A DNA stretch of 64,000 nt from an uncultured Elusimicrobia bacterium (GCA_903881545.1 CAIRTQ010000048.1:25914-89913); one strand, 5' to 3'. Shown: positions 25,659 through 35,211, counted from the first letter of the stretch. Notes: generated by a model not told the origin, from the sequence alone. Numbers and translations: made by a program.

Positions 25659-27779
25659 TTACGCCGCACTCCCCACCAGCTTAAACGCCGCCCAATGATA
25701 CGGATGCGGATGCGCGCGCATCACCGCCAACTGCGCCTGCCGTAACGCCTCCGCCTTCCGCTTCCCCTCGGCCAGATGCTTGTAGAACGCCGTCACCAGC
25801 CGTCGGGCCACCGCGTCCTCGATGTCCCACAAGGTCACCACCACCGACCGCGCCCCGGCCATCAAGAACGCCCGGTGCACGCTCTCCACCTCGTCGCAGC
25901 CCCGGTGCCGCCCCTGCGCCGTCTTGCAGCAGCTCAGAAACGCCAGGTCCAGCCCCGACAAAGGCAAGTCCAAAATCTCATTCACGCGGAGCAAGCCGTC
26001 ATCCCCATCGTGCTCCGCCAGGATCAGGTGCGAGCCCAAGGCGTCGTCCGGCGAAAACTCCCCGTGGCAGGCGATGTGCAGAAGGCCGCAATGCCGGCAA
26101 AGCGCCAAAGCCTTCTTGTTCGCCTCAGTCCCCACGAATACCTTCGCGCCCGGGAACACCTTGGCGATCTCCGCGGCCTCTTCCTCGGCGTGCGCCAGCC
26201 CGCCCGTAGGATTGGCCAAAGCCAGCAGGCCTTTCCGCGAAGGCCGCGGATGGCTTGAGGCCGCCAGCATGGACGCATGGGGCAGATAGCTCACCGGCAA
26301 GCGCTCCAGCAGCGGCTTGCCGTCAGCCAAAGGCAAGGCCGCGAAAGGCACATCGATGAGAGCGCCGCTCGGCACTACATGCAGACAGGAGGCGGCGTCA
26401 ATCTCATCAGCCACAGGCGCGATCAAGTCCTGCGCCAGGCGCTTCAAAGCCCAATTGCAGAATTGCAGGTTCTTGTCCGTCTGCGCTTGGCGCAGGAAGC
26501 CCTTGATCTGTCCGACCTTGGCGGTCAGGGCCTCCGGGGCCATTTCGATGCGGCGGGCGGCCAGGCCCTTATTGCTCACCGCGAAGATGGACAAGGCGTG
26601 GCGGCCCAGGTGATAGTCGAGAAGAAGTTCGCCTTCGGCAAGCCGGGCCGAAAGCTGTTTGGCTGTCAGAACGGCCTGCGGCTTGACCTTGGCATCGTCG
26701 CTGGTCCGCGAGCGCAACTGCTCGATGAAGACCCGCGCCTTGCAGCGTTGGGAAAGCTCGAGGCCCAGCTCCGGCCGGTCGAGCTGATGGGCCAGGCAGA
26801 TCCCCAGGTCGTAGATGCCGAGCTTGCCCTTCTGGTAGCCGATCCGGCTGTCGTCCGTGGAGTATGTCTCCCGGCCGGATTCCATGATAGCCACGGCCTT
26901 GAGGCATTCCTCAAGCGCGGGCTCAAGCTGGCCTCGGTCGCGCAAAATCTTGGCGAGATGGTAGTTCTCCCATTGGCTCGGGGTATCGTTCTCGGCGTTC
27001 ATTTCCATGGACTGGCGCAGGATCGCCTCGGCCCGGTCCAGGTAGCGCTTGGCGGCCTTTGGATCGGACTCGCGCAGGAATTTGCTCCAGGAGCGGCACA
27101 CCCGGGCTAGCTCGCGCAGGGCCTTGGCCATCGAGCCCTTGGACCTCTCGTCCTTTATCCGCTCAAAGGTATCCAGGGCTTTCTTGAGGTGCTCCTCCGC
27201 ATTGGAAAGGCTCACCTTGGTCTTGGGCCTGTGCCGAGCCCAGATGCGCCCGATCGACCGATAGAAGAGTGCCTCGTAGCGGGTCCATCTATCATCGGCG
27301 CCCCAGGTTTTTTCCAGGTGGCGGAAGACGCTGAGCCCGTTGCTGCAGGCGGCCATCTGCTCCTCTTCCGTGGCGCCGCTCTCGCCCATGGCGCGCCAGG
27401 CCTGCATCAGCCATTTGCAGTTCTCTTGATTGGTTCTGGGCAGGGGCTTGAGCCATTCGAGAGCCTTGAGGGCCGAATTCCGGGAAACACCCTCATGGTT
27501 GAGCGTGCCGCCGAGCATGGAATGCCCCACCCGGGCTTTGCCTGCTTCCAGCCCCATCTTCATCTCTTCAAAGATAGGGACGGCGGCCGCGAAGAGCTGA
27601 TAGGAGCTTTCCAGCCCCTCCGCGATCTCCCGCTCCTCCTTGTCGTTCAAGGCGAAGTACAACTTCCAGCCCGCGTTGTAGGCGGCCTTGGCGCTGGCCG
27701 CGGTGGGGGAACTGCTGCAATCTGCGATGAGCCGGTCCGACTGCCCTTTGTCGGGCGGTTCTTGAGGCATGGCGCTCAA
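25659..27779 (-). CDS. TPR-CHAT protease (Csx29-like architecture)
   Basis: N-terminal TPR-like helical repeats. The C-terminal CHAT dyad is LLHIACHGEFSPDD (His) and LAFLSCCKTAQG (Cys). Coupled to the upstream sigma gene (27776-27779 overlap). Confidence 0.65.
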   Translation of the reverse strand: MSAMPQEPPDKGQSDRLIADCSSSPTAASAKAAYNAGWKLYFALNDKEEREIAEGLESSYQLFAAAVPIFEEMKMGLEAGKARVGHSMLGGTLNHEGVSRNSALKALEWLKPLPRTNQENCKWLMQAWRAMGESGATEEEQMAACSNGLSVFRHLEKTWGADDRWTRYEALFYRSIGRIWARHRPKTKVSLSNAEEHLKKALDTFERIKDERSKGSMAKALRELARVCRSWSKFLRESDPKAAKRYLDRAEAILRQSMEMNAENDTPSQWENYHLAKILRDRGQLEPALEECLKAVAIMESGRETYSTDDSRIGYQKGKLGIYDLGICLAHQLDRPELGLELSQRCKARVFIEQLRSRTSDDAKVKPQAVLTAKQLSARLAEGELLLDYHLGRHALSIFAVSNKGLAARRIEMAPEALTAKVGQIKGFLRQAQTDKNLQFCNWALKRLAQDLIAPVADEIDAASCLHVVPSGALIDVPFAALPLADGKPLLERLPVSYLPHASMLAASSHPRPSRKGLLALANPTGGLAHAEEEAAEIAKVFPGAKVFVGTEANKKALALCRHCGLLHIACHGEFSPDDALGSHLILAEHDGDDGLLRVNEILDLPLSGLDLAFLSCCKTAQGRHRGCDEVESVHRAFLMAGARSVVVTLWDIEDAVARRLVTAFYKHLAEGKRKAEALRQAQLAVMRAHPHPYHWAAFKLVGSAA

Positions 27780-29167
27780 CCTTTTATTGCGTCGCGGCGC
27801 AGGCGCGCGTAATAGCGGTCGCGCTCCGCGCCGGAAAGCCCGCGGGTGGGGGAGCTCTGGCCCTGGGGCGGGGTGCGCATGGCCGCGGCGAGGACCGGCT
27901 CTGTGATGTCGAAGCGTTTCATCAGGCGCTTGAGGAGTCCGGCGGTCAGCAGGCCGGCAGGAGCGGTGTCCGAGAGGATGGCCATGCAGTCATCTTCCGT
28001 GATTCCCAGCCCCTTGGCCAAAGTCGCGGGGTCGCCATCCACGCGCGAGGTGATGAGCTCGCCCAAGGACTGCCGCTTCTCGCTGTCGCCGGAGAAGCCC
28101 AGGGCCACGGCCACGGCGCAGAGGTCGGCCAATTCCTGGGCGCCCGGCTCCACTGCGCCGGCGCGTGTCGCTGGAGCCATGTCCGGGTATTGGGCAAGGG
28201 CCTGCTCCACGCTCTGCCATAGCCAGTCGTCAAGCTTGGGGTCTTCGGCGGCGGGCAGGGCGGGCTTGGCCCGCTTGACCTTGGCCTTGGAAAGGGCGAT
28301 AAGGGCTTGGCGCAGGGTCGCGAGCGCCTGGCGGGGTTCTTGGCGCAGGCCTTCGGCCAGCTTCCCCACGTTGAGCGGCAACTGGCTGGCGAGCTTGAGG
28401 GCCTTCTTGTGCGCCGGGGCCTCCACCAGTTCGACATCGGAGTCCCGGAGGTCCATCCTGGACAGGACAAGCGCTTTTAGTTTGTCGAATCGGGCGTCCT
28501 TGTAATCGGGCAGGGCGCAGAACTTCTGGTGGATGGCAACGCAGGCCCTACGGAAGTGGCTCGCCAAGGTCGCGCGGGGCATTTCGAAGATGGCGCTGAG
28601 GACCTCGTCACTGTGCCCTAAAAAGACCCTGCCGACCCAGATCGCGGCCGCTGTCTCGTTGGCCAGACCGCGCTCGGCGCAAAGGATTGCGTTGAGCATG
28701 TCCATTTCCATGGCCACGCCCACCGGCTGGTCGCAGTAGGCCTGGGGCTCCGCTCTCCGGGAGCGGGGTCTTTCGCTCTGCTCCTCGTCCTCTTCGTCGA
28801 GGTCATACTCGTAGGGGAGCTTTTTGCGCTTCATCGTGTCGAGAAATGCATTCTTGGCAACGGAGAGGGCATAATTCTTGAAATTTTCCGGTTCGTACTG
28901 CTTCTTCTTGAGGGCGCGGGATATGTTGCCCAAGGTGACGCTGAGAATATCGCCGGGGTCTATGTAGGCAGGAACGCCGCTTACGCCGCCGGCCAGGCGG
29001 GAATCCCGTACCTTGGAACATATGAAGCCTTCGACGCAGGCTTGGGCCAGTTTGAGGATTTTGTTGAGCTGGTCTTCGTCAGGCTTCTTATAATAGAGGG
29101 CGATGAGCGCGTCGGCCTCTTTCCCAAAATCCGAATAGATGCTGTTCGCCATAGCTCTCCTGTTCAT
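27776..29167 (-). CDS. ECF/sigma-70-family factor with a ~230-aa C-terminal extension
   Basis: Region 2 is ENFKNYALSVAKNAFLDTMKRKKLP. Region 4 HTH is ETAAAIWVGRVFLGHSDEVLSAIFEMPRATLASHFRRA. A long extra C-terminal region follows. Confidence 0.55.
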   Translation of the reverse strand: MNRRAMANSIYSDFGKEADALIALYYKKPDEDQLNKILKLAQACVEGFICSKVRDSRLAGGVSGVPAYIDPGDILSVTLGNISRALKKKQYEPENFKNYALSVAKNAFLDTMKRKKLPYEYDLDEEDEEQSERPRSRRAEPQAYCDQPVGVAMEMDMLNAILCAERGLANETAAAIWVGRVFLGHSDEVLSAIFEMPRATLASHFRRACVAIHQKFCALPDYKDARFDKLKALVLSRMDLRDSDVELVEAPAHKKALKLASQLPLNVGKLAEGLRQEPRQALATLRQALIALSKAKVKRAKPALPAAEDPKLDDWLWQSVEQALAQYPDMAPATRAGAVEPGAQELADLCAVAVALGFSGDSEKRQSLGELITSRVDGDPATLAKGLGITEDDCMAILSDTAPAGLLTAGLLKRLMKRFDITEPVLAAAMRTPPQGQSSPTRGLSGAERDRYYARLRRDAIKG

Positions 29168-29249
29168 CCAATTTAACCACTTGGACAGAGGAAGTCAAGG
29201 CCATGGTCCTATGTCTCGACGGCAAAGGAGAGGCTTGGATTCCGGTGGC

Positions 29250-29438
29250 CTACGCACCTTCGGCTTTCTCCAGCGCCAGGGCTTGTTCCATCGCCAGCAG
29301 GGCAGCCTTGACCGCGGCATGCTTCTTCTTGCGTTGCGAAGGGGTCATCCGGTTCCAAAAATACTTGCCGCCAACCTCTAGCATGCACAGCCGTTTGATC
29401 CGAGCCTTCCTGGCTTGCGCCATTTCTCGCGGCTTCAT
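29250..29438 (-). CDS. Small basic hypothetical protein between the clpX-like and sigma genes
   Basis: 62-aa ORF, Lys/Arg-rich. Uncertain. Confidence 0.2.
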   Translation of the reverse strand: MKPREMAQARKARIKRLCMLEVGGKYFWNRMTPSQRKKKHAAVKAALLAMEQALALEKAEGA

Positions 29439-29441
29439 GGA

Positions 29442-30998
29442 TTATGCCTCGCTTAGCTTCGGCCCATCCTCGGCCTCCGGCTCAAACACCACCTCCTTAA
29501 GCCCCGCCCTCTCCGCCCCGCCGCACGCCTCGTCCCCGTTCTCGAACAAGATCGGCGCCAACCCCGCCTCCAGTATCCCCTTCAGGCCGCGCGCTCCCGT
29601 ATGGTTTTCCAACGCCCGCTCGGCCACCCACTCCAGCGTCGCCTGCGGCACCCGCAGGTCCATCCCGCTGGCCCCAAACAAAGCCCGGTACTGGCTCAGT
29701 AGATTATTCCGCGGCTCGGTCATGATGTGGACCAAGTCCTCCTTGGTCAAAGCGTCCAACGCCACCACGCTGGCGAAGCGCCCCACGAACTCAGGCGCGA
29801 AACCGTAGGCCACAAGGTCATCCGTGGTCGCCTGCGCCAGGCAACTGCCGCCTGCATCCGCCTGCTGGCTATGGCCCGCGGAAAAGCCAATCTGCCGATT
29901 CTTCTGCCTCGCCTGGATGAGCTCCTCCATCCCAGCAAAGGCCCCGCCGGCGATGAAGAGGATATTGCCCACGTTGTAAGTCGCGCCCTGATGGGTCACC
30001 GTGTCGCCCTCCAGCAGCTTCAGCAGTTCCTCCTGCACGCACCGCCCGCTGACGTCCCTGTTGCTGTTGTGCGCCCCAATGGCCTCCCTCGACGCGATTT
30101 TGTCCACCTCGTCTATGTAGATGATTCCGGTCTCCGTGCGCTTAAGGTCGTTGCCCGCGGCCTTGTATAGGGCGACCACCATCTCCTCCACGCTCCCTCC
30201 CACATAGCCCGTCTCCGTGTACTGCGTGGCGTCGCAGATCACCATAGGGACGTTCATGACCTTCGCCAAGGTCCGGCACAGGTGCGTCTTGCCCGTGCCC
30301 GTCGGCCCCAGGAGCAGGATGTTCGCCTTATGCAGTTTGTCCATGCCCTTGCGTGTCTTGTTCAGCTTGACCGTCTGCAGGTGCTTGAATACCGCCGTGG
30401 CGATCGCCCGCTTGGCGCGGTCCTGGCCCACCACATACGCGCAGAGCTTCTGATGGAGCGACCGGGGGGAACACTTGGCCGGCGGCCGGCCGGCCCGCTT
30501 GGGCTTCTTGCCCACCACGCGGTCGAGGACCGCAGGCTCGACCGTGAATTGTTCCGGCGCCCCGGAGGACTGGAACCTGTATGCAAAGCCGGGTACGACG
30601 AGCTTCTTCTTGATGAGCTTGGCGTCGCTCTGCCAGTACTTCATCAGCGCGATCTTTCCCAGATGGCTTGGGGCGCTGACCAGCTTCCGGATCACCGGAA
30701 TCCTGTTGAGCTCGCCTTCAGCGCAGACCGCCGCGTAAACGAGAATCCACAGCATCTGCACCTCGACATCGTCGAGCCTGTTCTTGCGGGCCAGCTTCTC
30801 AAGGGGAATGTCTACTCCGTCGAGCAGTGAAGCTTTGGCCTTGGCCCTGATCTCGCGATACATGGGAAAAAGGCCATTCTCGGCCGGGCTTTCGGAATCC
30901 TCCCGTCCAGGCCTGGACCGGGTCTGCTCGCGCAGGAGTTCGACGAACGCGAAGCAGTCGTTGAGATACTGCGTATTATCGGCGTAGCATTGATCCAT
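29442..30998 (-). CDS. ClpX-like AAA+ unfoldase with a non-canonical N-terminal domain (no zinc-binding domain)
   Basis: Walker A LLGPTGTGKTHL. Also TGYVGGSVEEMV, Walker B IIYIDEVDKIASR, GGAFAGMEELI and LDALTKEDLVHIMTEPRNNLLSQYRALF, all ClpX hallmarks. The first ~190 aa lack the C4 zinc-ribbon. Confidence 0.7.
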   Translation of the reverse strand: MDQCYADNTQYLNDCFAFVELLREQTRSRPGREDSESPAENGLFPMYREIRAKAKASLLDGVDIPLEKLARKNRLDDVEVQMLWILVYAAVCAEGELNRIPVIRKLVSAPSHLGKIALMKYWQSDAKLIKKKLVVPGFAYRFQSSGAPEQFTVEPAVLDRVVGKKPKRAGRPPAKCSPRSLHQKLCAYVVGQDRAKRAIATAVFKHLQTVKLNKTRKGMDKLHKANILLLGPTGTGKTHLCRTLAKVMNVPMVICDATQYTETGYVGGSVEEMVVALYKAAGNDLKRTETGIIYIDEVDKIASREAIGAHNSNRDVSGRCVQEELLKLLEGDTVTHQGATYNVGNILFIAGGAFAGMEELIQARQKNRQIGFSAGHSQQADAGGSCLAQATTDDLVAYGFAPEFVGRFASVVALDALTKEDLVHIMTEPRNNLLSQYRALFGASGMDLRVPQATLEWVAERALENHTGARGLKGILEAGLAPILFENGDEACGGAERAGLKEVVFEPEAEDGPKLSEA

Positions 30999-31278
30999 AC
31001 AGCCTCCAGGTCTCTATCCAAGAGAACGCTGCTGATAGGGCCGAGGTTGCAGGGACGGGTTTGGGGTCAAGGGACGCTGGCGGCTATTTGCCGTTCCATG
31101 ACCCTGCGACCCGCAAGGTCGCAGGGCCGGCGCGAGCGATTCCACTCTCGCGCCGAATTTATGAAAAGCCTTTTTCTCTTACCTCCAGCGCTGGAGGTAA
31201 ACCATCGGAAATTGATGAGAAAATAGGCGCTTTTCTTCGGGCAAGTCGCCGGATGACGATATGAGGGGCTCGGGCCTC

Positions 31279-31372
31279 GGATTTTAACCGGACAGGAGGG
31301 TTTCGGCCTGGGATTTGGGGGAGCCTTAGGATTTTAACCGGACAGGAGGGTTTGCCTGGGTTTTTGGGGAGC
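31279..31372. repeat. Tandem direct repeat (~48-bp unit, 2 copies) upstream of the HNH gene
   Basis: GGATTTTAACCGGACAGGAGGGTTT...GGGATTTGGGGGAGCC occurs twice in tandem, with minor differences between the copies. Confidence 0.55.
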
Positions 31373-31450
31373 CTCGCGCCCTGCACGATGCTTTTGAGGC
31401 GAAGGCGCAGGATAGGGGGAACTATTCTCGGGGTCATTCGTATATTCAGC

Positions 31451-32662
31451 ATGGACCTCGCCCGGATTTCTGATGAGGCGCTGATGGGCAAGGTGGAGGC
31501 GCTGGCCGAGACCGAACGCTTCAGCTTGATCGACTTCCTCATCCATCTGGGTGAACTCGACCTGCGCACCGCCTGCCAGAACAGGGGCTATGCGTCGGTC
31601 TTTGCCTACCTCACCCGCCACCTGGGCTATTCAGAAAGCGACGCCGTAAGGCGCATCCGAGTCGCCCGCGCGGCGCGGAAGTACCCGTCGGTACTGCGCA
31701 TGCTTGCCAGCGGCGACCTGCACCTGGTCGGCGTGGCCATGCTCGAGCCGATCCTCACCTCCGACAACCATGAGCGGCTGTTGCGTCAGGCCTCACGCCG
31801 GAGCACGCGGGAGGTGGAGCGCCTTGTCGCCGGGCTGGCTCCCGCCGCAGTCGAACCGCGCGACCGCATCCGGCCCCTTCCCGCGTCTTGCGCAAGCGGC
31901 GCCGGCCGGCCTTCGGGAGATGCCGCGCCGCTCGGCATGGAACCATCGCCCTTGCCAAGCGCCGGACTTGCGCTACCGGTTGACCTTGTCCTTGCCGCCG
32001 GACCCGCCTCGTCTTGCACCCCGGCTGCCCCCGTCATTGCCGCCGGACCCGTTACGCCTTGCGCGCCGGCAAGCCCGGCAAGGGATCGCGTGGTGTTCAC
32101 CTTTGCCGCGGGCGAGCAGGTACAAAGTTGGTTCGAGGAGGCCCGCGACCTGCTCCGGCACCGCTTCCCCATGGGCCGCATGGAAGATGTGATCGGCGAA
32201 GCCCTCAGGCGGCTGGTGGAGGCCGAGCGCCGCGCCTTCCTCGCACTGCCGTCAGCGAAGCCCCTGCGCCCGCCGTCAACTCAGCACCGCGGTCCTTCTT
32301 CTCCGGAGCGCAGCGGACCTGCGCCCGTGCCGGCTGCAGGCTCCTCGCCTGAGAGCCGCTATGTCCCGCGGCGGGTCAAAGACGAGGTTTGGCGCCGGGA
32401 CTCTGGCCGGTGCGCTTATGTCAGCGCGGACGGGGTCCGCTGCGGCGAGACGGCTTGGCTGGAATGGGACCATGTCGTGCCGCGGGCCATGGGCGGAGCC
32501 TCGAACGACCCGGCGAACATCCGCCTGCTCTGCCGGGCGCACAATCAGTCAGAAGCGCGGCGGATCTTCGGCGATGCCAAGTGTTCGGGCCGCAAGACCG
32601 CGGCTGATGCAACGGCGGTCAAGAAAGGTGTTCCCGTGCCGAGCTCCGGAGCGCCTGCATGA
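31451..32662 (+). CDS. DUF222 (13E12-repeat type) HNH endonuclease
   Basis: N-terminal DUF222-like (ALMGKVEALAETERFSLIDFLIHLGELDLR). C-terminal HNH (CAYVSADGVRCGETAWLEWDHVVPRAMGG...NIRLLCRAHNQ). Confidence 0.6.
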   Translation: MDLARISDEALMGKVEALAETERFSLIDFLIHLGELDLRTACQNRGYASVFAYLTRHLGYSESDAVRRIRVARAARKYPSVLRMLASGDLHLVGVAMLEPILTSDNHERLLRQASRRSTREVERLVAGLAPAAVEPRDRIRPLPASCASGAGRPSGDAAPLGMEPSPLPSAGLALPVDLVLAAGPASSCTPAAPVIAAGPVTPCAPASPARDRVVFTFAAGEQVQSWFEEARDLLRHRFPMGRMEDVIGEALRRLVEAERRAFLALPSAKPLRPPSTQHRGPSSPERSGPAPVPAAGSSPESRYVPRRVKDEVWRRDSGRCAYVSADGVRCGETAWLEWDHVVPRAMGGASNDPANIRLLCRAHNQSEARRIFGDAKCSGRKTAADATAVKKGVPVPSSGAPA

Positions 32663-32664
32663 CG

Positions 32665-33753
32665 TCACGCATGCGCGCATCCTTCCGGCTTGCGCAAATC
32701 TATTGCGCGTCCCCACGGCATGTCCGCCTCCGAGGTCAGGCACCAGAGCACCGGATATCCCTTGGGGGCGGATTTCGGGAAGGTCCCGCAGCCGTCGGTC
32801 AGGTAGAGCAGAACATCGGGCCGCAGGCGATTCTTGGCCACCTGGTCGAATACCGGTTGGAAATCCGTCCCGCCGCCTCCTTTGAACTTCAGCTTCTTGA
32901 GAAAATCAGCCAGCCCGTCCGCCCGGACCGCTTCATGGACCTTGGCGTCGCAGGTCATGACGGTCAGCGTCTCGCAGAACGCGGATATGGCTTTGAGCTC
33001 GGCGGCGAAGGTTTCGAGCATATCTTTCGAGATCGAGCCCGAGGTGTCCACGGCGACCACCAGCCGGCCTTTCTGCCCGGCAGCCGGCCCCGGCAGGTAC
33101 TGCTCCTGCCACACGCGCCTGCGGTTTGGCGGCAGGTAGGACTGCTCCTCCTTGCCTAATGACTCCCGCAGGTAGCGCCGCAGAAGCCTCTGCCAGGGCA
33201 CCTGGCTGCGGCGCAGTCCCTTGACCAGCCGGGCGATGCCCGCCGGCAGTCTGCCGCGGCCCGAGCAGGCGGCGGCCGCGGCCAGGACCCGGCCTATCAT
33301 CTCGCCCGACATCTCCTCGCGCAGGGGCAGATGCTCGTCCAGGCATTTCAGGATGATGGCCGGCGATTGCAGCTCGTAGATCTGTTCCGCGGTCATACCG
33401 TCGTACTTCCGGTCCAGCAATACCCCTTCAGGCAGATCGAGGCGCATGTCGCGCAGCTCTTGGTTGACCGCGAAATCACAGGCCGCGTTCCATCTGAAAT
33501 GCTCCCGGCCCGCGCGCCGGGAAGGGTGGCAGTGCAGGTAGGCGATGTGCAGAAGCTCGTGCATGAGCACACCGGCGGTCTCCTCGTTGGTGAGCTTGTC
33601 CAGGAACGCCTTGTTGTAGAAGATGCGCTCGCCGTCGGTGGCCATGGTTGCAAGGCTGGGCTCCTCCGAAACCCCGGCCATGGCCAGTAAGGTGCCGAAA
33701 AAGGGCTGGTCCATGGCCAGGCGGGTCAATGCCCGCTCAAGCTTATCTGACAT
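32665..33753 (-). CDS. VWA-domain protein with an N-terminal HExxH putative metallopeptidase domain (DUF2201-like, MoxR partner)
   Basis: HELLHIAYLH (HExxH). VWA MIDAS-like VVAVDTSGSISKDM. Overlaps the MoxR gene end. Confidence 0.6.
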   Translation of the reverse strand: MSDKLERALTRLAMDQPFFGTLLAMAGVSEEPSLATMATDGERIFYNKAFLDKLTNEETAGVLMHELLHIAYLHCHPSRRAGREHFRWNAACDFAVNQELRDMRLDLPEGVLLDRKYDGMTAEQIYELQSPAIILKCLDEHLPLREEMSGEMIGRVLAAAAACSGRGRLPAGIARLVKGLRRSQVPWQRLLRRYLRESLGKEEQSYLPPNRRRVWQEQYLPGPAAGQKGRLVVAVDTSGSISKDMLETFAAELKAISAFCETLTVMTCDAKVHEAVRADGLADFLKKLKFKGGGGTDFQPVFDQVAKNRLRPDVLLYLTDGCGTFPKSAPKGYPVLWCLTSEADMPWGRAIDLRKPEGCAHA

Positions 33754-34738
33754 AAGCCATCACCATCTTGGACGCCATGTTGCGCAGGGCCGGGTGCGCC
33801 GCCAGCCGGGAGACCAGCTTGGGCGGCAGGCTCTTGAACATCAGCACGCGCAGTTCCGGGGTCACTGCTTCCAGCAGGCTTCCCAGATGCGGGACAGCCC
33901 CATCTTCGATGTCGTGGCGGGATATGTGCGAAGCCACGGCCAGAACCACCGCGTAGCGCACGCTCGCATCGTTCGGGGGCAAGGCGGGCAGCTTGCCCGC
34001 CAGTATCTCCTTGACCTCGATGGCGCGGTAGATCCGGCACCAGCCCGAGAACTCGGAGGCCGCGCCCTGGCCCACGGCCGAGGCCACGAGCTTGACCTTC
34101 TCCGTTGCGGGCTCCTGGCCCGAGTAAAGGCGCGAGGCCGCGGCCCAGGAGCGGGGGGTGGGGAAAGCGGGCTCGCCCGTGTTCTTGCAGAGCAGTTCCG
34201 GCCGGAAGCGCAGGAATGAGACCATGTCGCCGTTGACTCCATTCTCCTTGGCCCAGGCCGCCCAGGTGTCCAGGTCCGGCTCCACCTCCACATGGAGCAT
34301 GCGGTTGGCCAGGGCCGAGCCCAGGGCCGAGGAGAGGGCGTCGTCTTCCTCGCGGTTGCCCGCTGCCACCACGCGCCAGCCGGGAGGCAGGACATAATCG
34401 CCCACGCGGCGGTCCAGGACCAGCTGGAGCGCCGCGTTCTTGACCAACGAGGGGGCCTTGTCTATCTCATCGAGGAACAGGACTCCCTTGCCCTCGCGGG
34501 GCAGAAAGGCGGGGGGATACCAGACCAGCTCCTTGGCGCCGTGGTCAGGCACGGGCAGGCCGCGCAGGTCGGTGGCGTCGAGCTGGGCCAGGCGCAGGTC
34601 GCGGACCGGAAGCTTGCGCTTGGCCGCGGTCTCGGCCACGAGGGAGCTCTTGCCAACGCCGGGTGGGCCCCAGAGCATCAGCGGGATGTCGAGGGTCAGT
34701 GATTTTTCGAGGATGAGCCTGGCTTCGTTGAGGTTCAT
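33743..34738 (-). CDS. MoxR-family AAA+ ATPase
   Basis: LMLWGPPGVGKSSLV (Walker A), VLFLDEIDKAPS (Walker B) and the AAA_5-type VLPPGWRVVAAGNREEDD. Start taken at the internal Met (MNLNEARL) of the longer ORF. Confidence 0.75.
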   Translation of the reverse strand: MNLNEARLILEKSLTLDIPLMLWGPPGVGKSSLVAETAAKRKLPVRDLRLAQLDATDLRGLPVPDHGAKELVWYPPAFLPREGKGVLFLDEIDKAPSLVKNAALQLVLDRRVGDYVLPPGWRVVAAGNREEDDALSSALGSALANRMLHVEVEPDLDTWAAWAKENGVNGDMVSFLRFRPELLCKNTGEPAFPTPRSWAAASRLYSGQEPATEKVKLVASAVGQGAASEFSGWCRIYRAIEVKEILAGKLPALPPNDASVRYAVVLAVASHISRHDIEDGAVPHLGSLLEAVTPELRVLMFKSLPPKLVSRLAAHPALRNMASKMVMAYVR

Positions 34739-35211
34739 GGTTTGCCTCTGAAGTGCTTGCGAAAGTCGGTGAATAGGCCTGGGTGACTGCAAATGCAGAT
34801 CGGCTCTCGGCCGGTCTTTGCCAGCAGCAGAATAGGCATGGTCAAGAGGTGGGCTTTGCGCGGGGCGAGCAGGATGGCGATGACATGCTTGCACAGGCTG
34901 CCTCCGCCGGATGAGACTTCGACCTTCCGGGCGCCGTCCGGGCAGGTGCAGTGATGGCCGTTCTTCCCGCTTAGGTCTATGGAAACATGATAGGGTTCGT
35001 CGCCGCCGCGGACCATGTAGGACGCCTCGGCCTTGCCGGCCGCGAGCCGTTCGAAATTGTATCTCCTGCGCACCTTTTTGGCCCGAGCCAGGCGGAGGCG
35101 GAATCCCAAAGGATCGAAGGGGACGGTCTCGGTCCATTCTTTTGGGACGACGGGGCGTTTTCTTTTCATGTCCTTTTCAAGCTGCCAATGCGGATAAGAG
35201 CAAAGCCGCAT
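34735..35211 (-). CDS. SWIM zinc-finger protein
   Basis: HHCTCPDG...CKHVIAILLA is a CxC...CxH SWIM signature. Confidence 0.5.
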   Translation of the reverse strand: MRLCSYPHWQLEKDMKRKRPVVPKEWTETVPFDPLGFRLRLARAKKVRRRYNFERLAAGKAEASYMVRGGDEPYHVSIDLSGKNGHHCTCPDGARKVEVSSGGGSLCKHVIAILLAPRKAHLLTMPILLLAKTGREPICICSHPGLFTDFRKHFRGKP

